A DNA stretch of 64,000 nucleotides, from the NCBI GenBank assembly GCA_964036045.1, contig OZ038378.1, positions 146,196,001-146,260,000 on the forward strand, written 5' to 3'. This document shows, in pieces, positions 62,541-64,000 of the stretch (the stretch's first letter is position 1; each line of letters begins with the position of its first letter). The position numbers and the translations under genes were made by a program. The stretch comes from Eutreptiella sp. 'Long Island Sound 2002'. Taxonomy: Eukaryota; Protista; Euglenida. The notes under the pieces are model-generated. The model searched no databases. It saw only the letters and a list, made by a program, of their open reading frames with translations, and had not been told where the DNA came from.

Positions 62541-62749
62541 GTAGGAGAGTGGTGTTTACAGCCCACAGTGACTAAATGAAAATACAAAGCATTCCTAAGA
62601 TAACATCAAATACCAGGCGCACCGCGTGGTGCACCGCGCATTCGTCTCTCTTTGGGGGGGGGGGTTCCAAAACAAAGTGATTACCACACTGCACTGATCA
62701 TTTCGAGGTATATTTGTTCGGGTAAAAAAGATTGTTCGGCGGGCCTTGG

Positions 62750-62787
62750 TGGTGGTGGTGGTGGTGGTGGTGGTGGTGGTGGTGGTT
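62750..62787. repeat. (GGT)n microsatellite
   Basis: Seen directly; about 12 units. Confidence 0.95.
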
Positions 62788-63789
62788 GATCATGCAGCTG
62801 GAAGCTGGGGACAAACAGGAGCAATGATGCTACTCAGTGTATGACATTATTATTCAACAGCTCAACCACCCAGGAGTGCAAGAAGTTGCCGGGGCCCTGT
62901 GACTCCAAGGGGGCTTTCCTGCCAATCAGCTGGTTATCAACATAACCCCTGCCATATCAGGTCCCCAGAGCAGCGAGGAAACCAATGGCGACAAAACCCC
63001 TGCCGCATGAGGGAATACACTGGCACATCAGCAATTGCCAGCAAAATGTGAACATGCATGCCTCTCAGTCATTCCCTGGGAGGACCAGCGACAGAGTTAG
63101 TCTTCCAGTGCGTTTGGCACCAACAGCAATGTGAGGCCCAAGCCTGCGGACATGAGGCAACCGAAGGCCACAGGGAGAGACAGCTGGGTGCTCAAGGGAC
63201 GCCCCCCCCCCCCCCCAGCCCCGACACACACCTGATGGGACCTGGAAAGACAAGAGCGAAAGCACAAGAAAAGCGGTCGGAGCAAACCCCTCAGGAGCTG
63301 CAGAGCAGCCCCGAGACGTCTTTCGGTCTGTTGAAGTTGGATGGAGTGCAACAGAGTGCTGGCGTGCAAGAGTGCCACTCCCTCCTGCCCTCCCCAGACC
63401 CAAATAACCAACACCCCCCCCCCCCCCCCACACACACATGTGGCTCAGGCTTTCCTCATCTGTGGCCTGAATGTGGCTGGTACAACACGTGCCAATTGGT
63501 TCCTGGTCCTAAACACTGGAACTAAGGCACGTGGTTCAGCTCGGGGATCCGTGATACGTGTAGCAGTCCATTTAACTGGTCACATGCGTGCCTCTCCCCA
63601 CCAAATACCATCATGGTGGCGCCCCAGGGAGGCAGTCCCTGGGCGAAAAGGGGGCGTACCTGTGCCTGTGTGGTCGCATTGCCCTGTGATCAAGCGGAGG
63701 GCATTGCCTGGGGTTGTGGGGTGGGGGCTTGGATTTGCATCTGCTCGACACCAAAAAAACACTGCACCCTCTCCCCTCGGCACAAACAC

Positions 63790-63943
63790 CTTTGGGCAAA
63801 CATTCGGGTGTACGCCATCAGCTTCTTGCACAAGATGTGCAGACTGTTCTTGATGCGCAGGACCACAGTCAGAAACTGGACAGTGTGCAGAGGCAGCATC
63901 AGGATGTTGCGCAACGAGCACCCATGTGTGGGGAATGCGCAGC
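63790..63943 (-). CDS. TUBGCP4: Gamma-tubulin complex component 4, first exon visible in the window (5' part of gene lies beyond 64000)
   Basis: TVQFLTVVLRIKNSLHILCKKLM aligns with the GCP4 grip2 helix FKYLLSVRRVQAELQHCW (from memory). Donor AAAG|GTGT is phase 2 and matches the next exon. Acceptor position is less certain. Confidence 0.65.
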
Positions 63944-64000
63944 CTTGGAAGGGGGAAGGGGGTGTTCGAGGCAGGGGGCACCAAGTAGTGCGGCACCAAG

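Overview
This is repeat-rich, intron-rich eukaryotic nuclear DNA, not prokaryotic; a protist (possibly euglenid) is my guess from gene style and repeats and is not proven. Most ORFs in the supplied track are shadows of repeats or GC-rich DNA. Supportable genes: (1) the 3' five exons of a gamma-tubulin complex component 4 gene (TUBGCP4/GCP4, minus strand, 63943-53572); (2) a three-exon RING-H2 E3 ligase gene with STI1/XPC-binding-like, UIM and HeH-like motifs (minus, 46409-42360); (3) a long Ser/Pro/Arg-rich orphan gene (plus, at least 4 exons, 15023-21763); (4) a tandem tRNA-Thr(AGT) and tRNA-Trp(CCA) pair (minus, 11869-11639). Mobile DNA: a decayed Penelope-like retroelement with the GIY-YIG endonuclease N-terminal to the RT, abutting a (CA)n tract (about 2.9-6.3 kb); two inverted copies of a non-autonomous element with Helentron/Helitron2-type ends and an internal ~195-200 bp tandem array (7.8-9.8 kb and 26.4-28.9 kb), the second organised as a 3-mer higher-order repeat; LINE RT and DDE transposase remnants; a 200-bp-arm foldback and a small MITE-like element. 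Most interesting: the satellite-carrying Helentron-like element, direct repeats of 11 and 7 bp spanning both splice junctions of two introns (possible intron-gain footprints), the permuted Penelope-like element, and the E3 ligase architecture. Exon models were deduced by eye from GT-AG sites, phase matching and remembered family motifs; no searches were run. Long G/C homopolymers mean some frameshifts may be assembly errors.
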